From NCBI GenBank assembly GCA_020725385.1, contig DYFC01000010.1, positions 23,789-87,788 of the forward strand: a stretch of DNA of 64,000 nt, given 5' to 3'. Below the pieces are notes generated by a model. The model saw nothing but the letters and a program-made list of their open reading frames with translations, had not been told where the DNA came from and ran no database searches. Source of the stretch: Nitrospira japonica. Lineage in GTDB: Bacteria; Nitrospirota; Thermodesulfovibrionia; Thermodesulfovibrionales; SM23-35. Each line of letters starts with the position of its first letter. Positions within the stretch are counted from its first letter, which is position 1. Shown in pieces: positions 12,551 through 20,638 of this stretch. The translations under genes and the position numbers were made by a program.

Positions 12551-12925
12551 ATGAAAGCTTTAACTTTAGGTATGGTCTTGATTTGTGTATTAATTACAGC
12601 AGCAGGATGTGCTTCTAAGGGAACCGGACACATTGAAAGCATTGCAAGCGCTGAACTCGGAATTAAAATAGCAAAAGATAGCAATGCGACAATTAACGCA
12701 CCTCTTGAACTCAAATTTGCCGAGGACAAGCTGTCTGCTGCAAGAATAGCAGCAACCAGAGAGGATTTTGTAACCGCAAAACGTCTTGCTGATGAGGCTC
12801 TGGTTGACGCCAAGCTTGCCGAGTCAAAATCAATTACAATCAAAGCAAAAAAACAGGCACAGGAAATGCGTGATGCTATAGATACATTACGCAAAGAAAT
12901 TGACCGCACACAAATGCAGAAATAA
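12551..12925 (+). CDS. DUF4398-like periplasmic lipoprotein
   Basis: 124 aa. Lipobox LITAAGC followed by a helical Ala/Lys/Glu-rich domain. It resembles the N-terminus of the next gene. Confidence 0.6.
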   Translation: MKALTLGMVLICVLITAAGCASKGTGHIESIASAELGIKIAKDSNATINAPLELKFAEDKLSAARIAATREDFVTAKRLADEALVDAKLAESKSITIKAKKQAQEMRDAIDTLRKEIDRTQMQK

Positions 12926-12944
12926 TAAACATGGAGAAAATGCT

Positions 12945-14579
12945 ATGAAAAATCATTTATATAATTTAACCAAAGGATTTTTACTCTTTTTTATTGCTTC
13001 AGTTTTTGCTGCAGGATGTGCAACTGTACCTGAAAGAAATGTTGCACTTGAAAATGCACGCGCAATATATGAAAAGGCTCAAGCAAACCCTGAAGTCTCA
13101 AAAAATGCTCCTGTAGCTTTGCATGAAGCTGCCCAGGCACTTAATAGAGCAGAGAAGGCAAAGAACAATGAGGAAAAAACACATCTTGCATATATAGCAG
13201 AAAAAATGGCTCAAATAGCTATTTCACTGGCCGAACAAAAAACATCGGAAAAAGAAGCTGAAGAGTTAAGTCAGGAGAAAAACAAGATAGTTCTTCAGGC
13301 TCGCGAGATTGAACTTAAGAAAGCGCTTAATTTAGCTGAAGCAAGATTGCAGGATGCAGAACGTGCAAGAAAGCAGGCAGAAACAAAAGCTCTTGAATTA
13401 GAAAAATCCAAAGGGGAAGCTGAACTGCTTGCACGACAGGCCGAAGCTGCAAAAAAAGAGATAGAAGCAAGAATTATTGAGCTTGAAAGAGCAAAAAAAG
13501 AAGCTGAAATTCTTGCACAACAAAGGGAAGAAGCAAGAAAAGCTGCTGAAAATTCTGCTGTTCAGGCTGAACTTGCAAGAAAAGAAGCAGAAGCAAGGGC
13601 AATTGAACTTGAAAAAGCAAAACAACTGGCTGAAACAAGAGCTATCGAAATTCAAAGAGCCAAAGAACAGGTTGAATCTCTTGCAAGGATAAACGAAATA
13701 GCGAGAAAGGAAGCAGAGGCAAAAGCTCTTGAAATAGAACGTACAAAAGGACAGGTTGACTCTCTCTTAAAACAGAATGAAGCTGCAAAGAAAGAACTCG
13801 AGGCAAGAGAAATTGAGATCGAAAGAGCTAAAAAATTAGCAGAAGCATTAGCCCAGCAAAACGAAGCTGCAAGAAGAGAAGCCGAAGCAAGAGCACTTGA
13901 GATTGAAAGAGCTAAAAAATTAGCAGAAACACTGACACAGCAAAACGAAGCTGCAAAGAAAGAACTCGAAGCAAGAGAAATTGAGCTTAAAAAAATAAGG
14001 GGCGAAGCAGAAGAAAAGACCATCGAGGCTGAAAAAGCAAGAAAAGAAGCCGAGAAAAAAGCCTTTGAGCTTGCCAAGGCAAGAGAAGAGACTGAAATCA
14101 AGAAACTTGAAGCAGAAATGGCGCGCAGTAAAATTGAAGAAACAATGGCTCAAAGAAGACTTCTTGAAAAAGAATTAAGTGAGCTAAAAGCTAAACAGAC
14201 TGACAGGGGCATAGTGCTTACTCTTGGGGATATTCTTTTTGAAACAGGAAAAGCCAATTTAATGCCAGGCGCCAGAAGAACAATCAACACAATCGCAGAT
14301 TTTTTAAAGAAATACCCTAAAAGGAATATTGTTATCGAAGGATTTACTGACAATGTAGGCAACGACAAATTTAATATCAAGCTCTCACAGCGTAGAGCCA
14401 GTGCAGTAAGAACTGCTTTAATGAATAAAGGCATTTCCTCCGATAGAATTGCAGTAAAAGGATATGGTAAACAATATCCTGTAGCTACAAACAAGACAGC
14501 AGAAGGAAGACAACAAAACAGAAGAGTAGAAATAGTAATACTCGATGAAGGTGTTCCTGCAGAAAAAATGTTACGCTAA
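12945..14579 (+). CDS. OmpA-family peptidoglycan-binding lipoprotein with DUF4398-like head and ~300-aa coiled-coil spacer
   Basis: The ORF track starts at TTG 12900, but the ATG at 12945 follows GGAGA. Lipobox FAAGC. The C-terminal OmpA_C motif is present (GIVLTLGDILFETGKANL...IEGFTDNVG...NIKLSQRRA..V). The central region is EAxxKAxELE repeats. Confidence 0.85.
   Translation: MKNHLYNLTKGFLLFFIASVFAAGCATVPERNVALENARAIYEKAQANPEVSKNAPVALHEAAQALNRAEKAKNNEEKTHLAYIAEKMAQIAISLAEQKTSEKEAEELSQEKNKIVLQAREIELKKALNLAEARLQDAERARKQAETKALELEKSKGEAELLARQAEAAKKEIEARIIELERAKKEAEILAQQREEARKAAENSAVQAELARKEAEARAIELEKAKQLAETRAIEIQRAKEQVESLARINEIARKEAEAKALEIERTKGQVDSLLKQNEAAKKELEAREIEIERAKKLAEALAQQNEAARREAEARALEIERAKKLAETLTQQNEAAKKELEAREIELKKIRGEAEEKTIEAEKARKEAEKKAFELAKAREETEIKKLEAEMARSKIEETMAQRRLLEKELSELKAKQTDRGIVLTLGDILFETGKANLMPGARRTINTIADFLKKYPKRNIVIEGFTDNVGNDKFNIKLSQRRASAVRTALMNKGISSDRIAVKGYGKQYPVATNKTAEGRQQNRRVEIVILDEGVPAEKMLR
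13773..14024 (+). repeat. 84-nt (28-codon, four-heptad) in-frame tandem repeats inside the OmpA-family gene
   Basis: Units at 13773-13856, 13857-13940 and 13941 onward begin CA(G/A)AA(T/C)GAAGCTGCAA and encode QNEAAKKELEAREIEIERAKKLAEALAQ and QNEAARREAEARALEIERAKKLAETLTQ. More degenerate copies extend from about 13390 to about 14120. Confidence 0.85.
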
Positions 14580-14672
14580 AAATATATCCGGAGTCTGTGT
14601 ATAAACACTTCGTTTGTCTTTTCCGGGTCAGTTAAGAATTTATAAGATAAACGGGATATACACAGACTCTAC

Positions 14673-15593
14673 CTATAGTCTGCCTTCTTCTTTTAGCCTG
14701 CTAACAATTTTCTGTATTTCTGGTAAGGCTGAGATTGCAGCTTTTTCTCCTTCAAGCACTGCTTCATGTCTTTTCGAGAAATCTGCTGCGCCAATATAGC
14801 CGACTTTCGGCTTTATAACCACATCAGCTTTTGCAAGCTGTATTGAAGATAATTTTGAATACATTATATTTATTGACTGCATAATTGTTTCAATTGTTCC
14901 TTTAGGCATTGCTGATGAGGCATCACCTGAAATATCCACTGCAATTACAACATCAGCTCCCATTTTTCTTGCAGCATCTACTGCAACAGGACTGACAACC
15001 CCGCCATCAACATACATCTTTCCTGAAATTACCGGAGGAATAAAAACACCTGGAATCGAGCAACTTGCTCTAACAGCAGTACCTGTATTTCCTGTTCCAA
15101 ATATTACCTCATTACCCGTTTGAACATCTGTTGCCACTGCATAAAAAGGTATTCTTAATTTTTCCATGGGAGTATTTCTGAGCATAAAATTGATATATTT
15201 TTCGAGTTTCTCGCCCTTGATAAATCCATTATCAGGAATCCCGAGGTCAACTAAATCATCTTTTTGAAGCTCGAATGAAAATTTCTGGAGTTCGAATGCA
15301 TTGAATCCGTAAGCGTATAAAGAACCTACAAAACTTCCTGCGCTTGTTCCTACAACCATATGTATAGGAATCTTATTAGCTTCAAGAATTTTTAAGACGC
15401 CAATGTGGGCAAATCCCTTTGAAGCTCCGGCTCCAAGAACTACTGCTATCTTTGCTGGTTTTACAGGTGGTTTAGTTTCAACAGGAGCACAGGAAAACGA
15501 ATTAAAAAAAATTAACAATAAAAGAGTAAAAAAGTTAATTCTTTTTATAAAATTTGTGGTACAGATATATTTTGTTTCCAGTAACATAAACAT
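14673..15593 (-). CDS. patatin-like phospholipase (RssA-like), probable lipoprotein
   Basis: 306 aa. Oxyanion motif GAGASKG, nucleophile elbow GTSAGS and a catalytic DGG. N-terminal signal ending in FSC. Confidence 0.85.
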   Translation of the reverse strand: MFMLLETKYICTTNFIKRINFFTLLLLIFFNSFSCAPVETKPPVKPAKIAVVLGAGASKGFAHIGVLKILEANKIPIHMVVGTSAGSFVGSLYAYGFNAFELQKFSFELQKDDLVDLGIPDNGFIKGEKLEKYINFMLRNTPMEKLRIPFYAVATDVQTGNEVIFGTGNTGTAVRASCSIPGVFIPPVISGKMYVDGGVVSPVAVDAARKMGADVVIAVDISGDASSAMPKGTIETIMQSINIMYSKLSSIQLAKADVVIKPKVGYIGAADFSKRHEAVLEGEKAAISALPEIQKIVSRLKEEGRL

Positions 15594-15717
15594 TGCTTTA
15601 AAGCCCTCATCTCCGTAGAAACAGTCTAATAATTATATATACCAAAAACATTATAATTAAAGAAATTATGAAAATATTATAGTCCATGTTATCTTCGATT
15701 ATCTTCAATTTAAAGGT

Positions 15718-16125
15718 TTATTTAATAACCCGGGACACTATTTTTACAATGAATGTTGCTGATTTAATGGCTTCTTTTGCATCTTTTGAGTCATACTCAT
15801 CTGTTGGAATAAAGTCCTCATCCCCATAAAATGCAAGTTCTCTTTCCTTGCGAAGTTTTTTAGAGATTTTTACAATCTTATCGAGTTCCCTGGAAATAAA
15901 TACAGGCAATAAAGATTTGTTTTCTTTTAATATCGGGCTTACATCATGCCATTTTGGTGGTTCAATTCCAACATATCTAAGTAAACCCTTCAAAGCAAGT
16001 TCGACGATCTCTTGAGCCTCTCTTATAACATCAGAATAAGCTTCTTCTTTAAAAAGAACATCAAGTATTTTTAATCTTTTAGTTGCCTTAATTAGATAAC
16101 TCTTTGCCAGATTATTTGTTGTCAT
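15718..16125 (-). CDS. HEPN-domain protein (partner of the upstream nucleotidyltransferase)
   Basis: 135 aa, all-helical. It overlaps the upstream minimal nucleotidyltransferase (MNT) gene by 4 nt. This is the typical HEPN/MNT pair arrangement. Confidence 0.7.
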   Translation of the reverse strand: MTTNNLAKSYLIKATKRLKILDVLFKEEAYSDVIREAQEIVELALKGLLRYVGIEPPKWHDVSPILKENKSLLPVFISRELDKIVKISKKLRKERELAFYGDEDFIPTDEYDSKDAKEAIKSATFIVKIVSRVIK

Positions 16126-16586
16126 AGCTCGATTATTTCGCCTGGCTTTAAGTCAGGTTTTAAAATCCAATACCACCTTGTTCCTAAAAAAACTCGTTTT
16201 GATCCAAGTTTTTTAAACTTTATTTTTAAATTTTCAATTTTTCTTTTAAAAAAATCATTTTTATCATAAATAATGATTGAATCGTTAACCATATCAAAAA
16301 GAAGGGGGGTTCCATATTTAATTTCCTCAGGAGTTTTGATAATTGGTGATATATAATGAGGAACATTTTTAACTTTTTCTTCCACATTATCTATAAACTC
16401 TTCGATTCTTTTCATCTTTCTTTTATGGAGTCCTTCAACTATTAATAGCAAATCCATATCTGATTCAGGCGTACATGTGCCTCTTGAAAAAGAACCAAAA
16501 ATTATCAAACTAATAAGTCTCTCCTTGTAATAGTTAAGGACACATTCTTTTATTTCTTTAATATATTTTTTAAAGTCTTTTCTCAT
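16122..16586 (-). CDS. minimal nucleotidyltransferase (MNT) domain protein
   Basis: Motif GSFSRGTCTPESDMDLLLIV (GS...D.D, pol-beta superfamily). The likely start is MRKDF at 16586, although the ORF track extends to 16613. Confidence 0.7.
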   Translation of the reverse strand: MRKDFKKYIKEIKECVLNYYKERLISLIIFGSFSRGTCTPESDMDLLLIVEGLHKRKMKRIEEFIDNVEEKVKNVPHYISPIIKTPEEIKYGTPLLFDMVNDSIIIYDKNDFFKRKIENLKIKFKKLGSKRVFLGTRWYWILKPDLKPGEIIEL

Positions 16587-16637
16587 AGAAAAACTATAAC
16601 AAAATGTAATCAAATCTGCAAATTATTGTTCATAGTG

Positions 16638-16804
16638 TGAGCAAGTTATGGCAAAAAAAGAGTCAAGATTCCCGGTCACTTATATTTCTTCTGAATAACA
16701 ATGCGAACCTTTTCCCCTATCATTCCAAGACCCTCACTCTCTGTCATTCCCGGCGAAGCGAGGAATCTTTAAGCTTTCTAAATTGACTGCGAATTGCTGT
16801 TATA
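16638..16804. repeat. MITE-like intergenic repeat, copy R1 (degenerate)
   Basis: Contains GTCATTCCCGGCGAAGCGAGGAATCTTTAAGCTTTCTAAATTGACTGCGAATTGCTGT. This aligns with 38347-38404 (copy R5) and with the reverse complements of copies R2 and R4. Confidence 0.7.
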
Positions 16805-16843
16805 GGATAGAATTAGCGATAAAACCTGATAATACGCTGTTAT

Positions 16844-17899
16844 TTATTCTTTCCCCATTGGAGTTGCAAGTTTTCGCAATTGCTCCTTTGTAAGTGGTGA
16901 ACCATATCCTGCGTATTGTAATCCTAAAAATATCATATTCTCAAATGGCTCCCATTTACCGTTTATATAGTTAAAAGGAATAAATTTATATTCAACTCCT
17001 TCAGCAATAGGGACGATTCCTTTTGACTGCTTGAGTTCGCCATTTTCAAGCCATGTGAGTACAAAAGAACCGTTTTGTGCTGTTTTTGCATTTTCAGAAC
17101 CATGACAATCAGAACATTTTCTCCCTTCTTTCACAACAGAATGACTGTTTTGAGGAGCAAATATAAGAAAAGTTTTATTGTCTTTTAAGACATATGTCTG
17201 CATATTTCCAGAAGTGACCTGACCGTTATAATTAATTAAAAATGTCCAGCCCGAGAGTTTCATATCAACACGTTTTTTATCATTAATCAAGGTTTCAAAA
17301 TGACAGTTTGTGCAACTAACTACATGTCTTACATGACATGCGTTGCAATCGAGTCTTCCATTATGTATTTTGTGGGCTGTGGTTTCAGTTAAAGTCTTAT
17401 GACAATTTTCACATTTTGCATCGATTGCCCCTGTCTGTTTCATAGAATTGTATTCCTTGCCATCTCCATGAACATCCCTTGCAGTATGGCAGTCCATGCA
17501 TTGCATGCCCTTTGAAAAATGCACATCTTCCTGTTTATTATCTGAATCTATTTTCATTATTGTTCTTTCTCTTTTATGGCAACTCAAGCAAACATCCTGA
17601 TTTCTCGCTGCTTTCACAGTATAGAATGATTTATTCCCCTCAATAGTTTTATGGCAAACATCACATGAACCAATATGGCAATTTATACAATCCAGCTTCT
17701 CACTTAAATATGGCAACCCTGTGTGAGTCTCAAGACCGCCATTTTCTTTATCATACCAGTAAGCCATCCCTTTTGTTGTAAAGTGAAGACTTGAATTAAA
17801 AAAAGATTGCTGGCCTTTTGATTCTGCAGCTATACCAATTCCTGAAATAATTAAAATTAAAAAAATAGCTAAAATAATTCTGTTAACTATCTTTAACAT
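16844..17899 (-). CDS. secreted multihaem c-type cytochrome (8 CxxCH sites)
   Basis: Motifs CINCH, CDVCH, CLSCH, CMDCH, CENCH, CNACH, CTNCH, CSDCH, plus a signal/anchor helix. The ATG at 17899 follows GGAGG, while the ORF track starts at 17911. Confidence 0.8.
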   Translation of the reverse strand: MLKIVNRIILAIFLILIISGIGIAAESKGQQSFFNSSLHFTTKGMAYWYDKENGGLETHTGLPYLSEKLDCINCHIGSCDVCHKTIEGNKSFYTVKAARNQDVCLSCHKRERTIMKIDSDNKQEDVHFSKGMQCMDCHTARDVHGDGKEYNSMKQTGAIDAKCENCHKTLTETTAHKIHNGRLDCNACHVRHVVSCTNCHFETLINDKKRVDMKLSGWTFLINYNGQVTSGNMQTYVLKDNKTFLIFAPQNSHSVVKEGRKCSDCHGSENAKTAQNGSFVLTWLENGELKQSKGIVPIAEGVEYKFIPFNYINGKWEPFENMIFLGLQYAGYGSPLTKEQLRKLATPMGKE

Positions 17900-17926
17900 A
17901 AATACCTCCATAAAATATAAAGATAC

Positions 17927-18094
17927 TCAAACCCTATCGCATGGCCTGCGTGCAATCTTTTCAAGACTTTGCTCATCAACTTCATTGATGTATTCTTTCA
18001 AAGGGAATTTTTTACCGCACTCCATGCAGTTAAATGTAATTACCCTTCAACCTATAATTAACTTTATTTTGCCACCACATTCTTTACATTGCAT
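17927..18094 (-). CDS. 55-codon dual-CxxC zinc-ribbon-like ORF interrupted by an in-frame TGA (Sec candidate or pseudogene)
   Basis: My manual translation is MQCKECGGKIKLIIG-TGA-RVITFNCMECGKKFPLKEYINEVDEQSLEKIARRPCDRV*. The TGA lies at 18047-18049 and both halves are in one frame. No convincing Shine-Dalgarno precedes the ATG. Confidence 0.3.
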
Positions 18095-18308
18095 AACGTT
18101 ATAGTATAACTCTACTTTATTTTGAAATCCAAGAATAAAATGAAAAAGCAACCAAGTTGCCAAGCTACCAAGATTGTACAGCGTAAGCATATAAAATATG
18201 AAATGATAAATTACACTTTACACTTTATTTTTCACGTGCTCACTTTTAGCGTCTTTATTACTCTCTGCTCTTCGCTCTTAGCTTGATAGTTTATGGTATT
18301 ATTAAGTT

Positions 18309-18911
18309 ATGTTATCACCCGGTGAAGAAAAGGCATGGGAAATACTTGAGAAACTCGATCCTTTAAGTGTATGTAAGAATTCTTTAGCTATATATGATGA
18401 AAAGGATAATCATTACATTTTAAGAGCATTTGATTCAAATATCTTCATATCCCCCGATAAAAGAACGCTCAGCAGCAATTCGTCTGAAGGTGAAATTCTC
18501 ATTAACCGTTATGGATATTTTTTCGTTCACTCATGTCTTTGGTATTTAATAAAATCTAAAAATATACCTTTTACAGAGAGACTTGTTAGACCTTCTGACA
18601 TTAAAGATGGATCTTCTTTTTTCAAAGGAAGTCATTCACTTCCATTATCAAGACTTGCAGAAAAATATGGCAATGCCAAAGATACTTTTCTTGATAATTC
18701 TTATAAATTTGGGGCGTTATTACAGAATTTTGGGGATGCATCTATAAGACTTTTTCCAATGCCGAGAATTCCTGTCACAGTAATTTTATGGTTAAAGGAT
18801 GAAGAATTCCCGGCAAGGGCTGATTTACTTTTCGACTCATCATGTGAAATCCATTTACCTGTTGATATTCTCTGGTCTATAGCAATGTTCAGCATTCTAA
18901 TTCTATTATGA
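18309..18911 (+). CDS. DUF3786-like protein
   Basis: 200 aa. The C-terminal pattern FGDASIRLFPMPRIPVTVILWLKDEEFPARADLLFDSS matches my memory of DUF3786. Its stop overlaps the next start (ATGA). Confidence 0.55.
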   Translation: MLSPGEEKAWEILEKLDPLSVCKNSLAIYDEKDNHYILRAFDSNIFISPDKRTLSSNSSEGEILINRYGYFFVHSCLWYLIKSKNIPFTERLVRPSDIKDGSSFFKGSHSLPLSRLAEKYGNAKDTFLDNSYKFGALLQNFGDASIRLFPMPRIPVTVILWLKDEEFPARADLLFDSSCEIHLPVDILWSIAMFSILILL

Positions 18912-20536
18912 GCTGGAAGCTTAAAGAGAAAGCTGATTTATTGTTATCAAAAGAACAGGGCACAATATTCAAAGACCCGGGCGGGAAAATTAACATCGCT
19001 CTTGTTTATCCAAATACATACCACATAGGAATGTCGAATCTCGGGTTTCAAGGAATATACGGTCTTTTAAATAACATAAACGATGTTGTCTGCGAGAGAG
19101 TTTTTTTACCCGATGAAAAAGATATTGAAGAATTCTTTAGGACTAATACAGAACTTTTTTCGCTCGAATCAAAAAGACCTCTTCATAGTTTTGATATTAT
19201 TGCTTTTTCAATCTCTTTTGAGAACGATTATCCAAATATAACAAAAATTTTTGCACTTTCAAGAACACCTTTTTTCAGTTCGAAAAGGACAGAAAAACAC
19301 CCTTTAATAATTCTGGGCGGTGTCTGCGCTTTTTTAAATCCAGAACCTGTTGCAGATTTTTTTGATATAGTTTTTATCGGAGAAGCGGATGAAATGCTTC
19401 CTGATTTTATAAATATATGCAGGGGGTCTGCCGGAAAAGCAGATATATTACATAAATCTCTTTCGATTGAAGGATGTTATATACCTTCTTTTTACAGAAT
19501 ATCTTATACATCTAATGGAACAATAAAAAAAAGAGAAGCTTTATATGGAGCACCTGATACAATCAAAAGGCGAATTTTCAATGATATTTCAAAATCGAAA
19601 ATCTTTACATCTATAATTACATCTGAAACTGAATTTTCAGAAATGTCTCTAATTGAAGCCATGAGAGGTTGTCCATGGAATTGCAGGTTCTGCGCTGTTG
19701 GTAAGATATACAATCCGCCAAGAAGAAAAGATTTAACTGTTATTAAAGGAGAAATACAAGAGGCACTTAAAAAGACAGAAAGAGTTGGATTAATAGGACC
19801 TTCTCTTTCAGATTATCCTTTTATAAAAGAGACCCTTCAGATTGAAGGGGTTGATTTCTCGATCACATCATTGAGGGCAGGGACAAAGAGTACCGAACTT
19901 ATAAAATTTATGAAAGGCCATAAAAGTGTCTCAATAGCTCCTGAAGCAGGCACCGACAGATTGCGCAAGGTTATTAATAAGAAAATAACAGAAGATGATA
20001 TTCTCTTTACTTCTGAACAACTTTTTCTTGAAGGGATAGAAACTCTACGGCTTTATTTTATGATTGGACTTCCTACCGAGACAGATGAAGATATTAAAGG
20101 TATAGTGAACCTCATCAAAAAAATCAGAGCAATATCTTCCAGAGGTTTTATTACATTAAGTATAAGCACCTTTGTACCAAAGCCTTTTACTCCATTTCAG
20201 TGGCATCCTATGGAGAAAGAAACAGTTGTAAAAAACCGTCTGATGTATATAAAGAAGAGTCTTCTTCAAATTAAGGGTGTTAAAGTATTCCACGATGTTC
20301 CTAAATATGCATATATGCAGGGCCTTTTCTCACAAGGCAACAGACATATTTCAAAAGTTTTAGCAGTAATGATAAAACAATCAGATTGGTTGAAAGCAGC
20401 TGAAGAGTCCGGCATTGATAAAGATTTCTTTATTTTCAGAAAAAAGGACTTCTCCGAAATTCTGCCATGGGATTTCATTGATAATAGAATCTCTAAAATC
20501 AAGTTATGGGAAGAATATCAGGAAGCCTTTTCCTGA
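18908..20536 (+). CDS. B12-binding-domain radical SAM protein (TIGR03960-like)
   Basis: 542 aa. N-terminal INIALVYPNTYHIGMSNLGFQGIY...ERVFLP, followed by the radical-SAM cluster motif CPWNCRFC. Confidence 0.75.
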   Translation: MSWKLKEKADLLLSKEQGTIFKDPGGKINIALVYPNTYHIGMSNLGFQGIYGLLNNINDVVCERVFLPDEKDIEEFFRTNTELFSLESKRPLHSFDIIAFSISFENDYPNITKIFALSRTPFFSSKRTEKHPLIILGGVCAFLNPEPVADFFDIVFIGEADEMLPDFINICRGSAGKADILHKSLSIEGCYIPSFYRISYTSNGTIKKREALYGAPDTIKRRIFNDISKSKIFTSIITSETEFSEMSLIEAMRGCPWNCRFCAVGKIYNPPRRKDLTVIKGEIQEALKKTERVGLIGPSLSDYPFIKETLQIEGVDFSITSLRAGTKSTELIKFMKGHKSVSIAPEAGTDRLRKVINKKITEDDILFTSEQLFLEGIETLRLYFMIGLPTETDEDIKGIVNLIKKIRAISSRGFITLSISTFVPKPFTPFQWHPMEKETVVKNRLMYIKKSLLQIKGVKVFHDVPKYAYMQGLFSQGNRHISKVLAVMIKQSDWLKAAEESGIDKDFFIFRKKDFSEILPWDFIDNRISKIKLWEEYQEAFS

Positions 20537-20638
20537 ATTCAGACAATAAAGACATTACTTATATAATCAAAAGTAACGAGTTATCAACCTTGAAAGATAG
20601 CAAGCAAACCAGCAAAAATTGCAGATATTGGATTAAAT

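Noticed and set aside
13390-14120. Regularly spaced repeats that could superficially suggest a CRISPR-like or satellite array.
   Set aside because: The repeats are in frame within one long ORF, have an 84-nt period with no unique spacers, and encode heptad coiled coil. This is a coding repeat, not a CRISPR array. No CRISPR array was seen anywhere in the window.
14592-14669. Inverted repeat GAGTCTGTGTATA ... TATACACAGACTC between the convergent OmpA-family and patatin genes, considered as a bidirectional terminator.
   Set aside because: The arms are perfect, but they are separated by a ~52-nt loop and lack a flanking T-tract, so this is not a convincing intrinsic terminator. It may still form a structure. 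Left unannotated.
18140-18180. Triple CCAAG motif (AACCAAGTTGCCAAGCTACCAAGATTG) in the divergent region upstream of the DUF3786 gene, considered as an operator.
   Set aside because: It is short, imperfect and not palindromic, with no supporting second site. It cannot be distinguished from chance.
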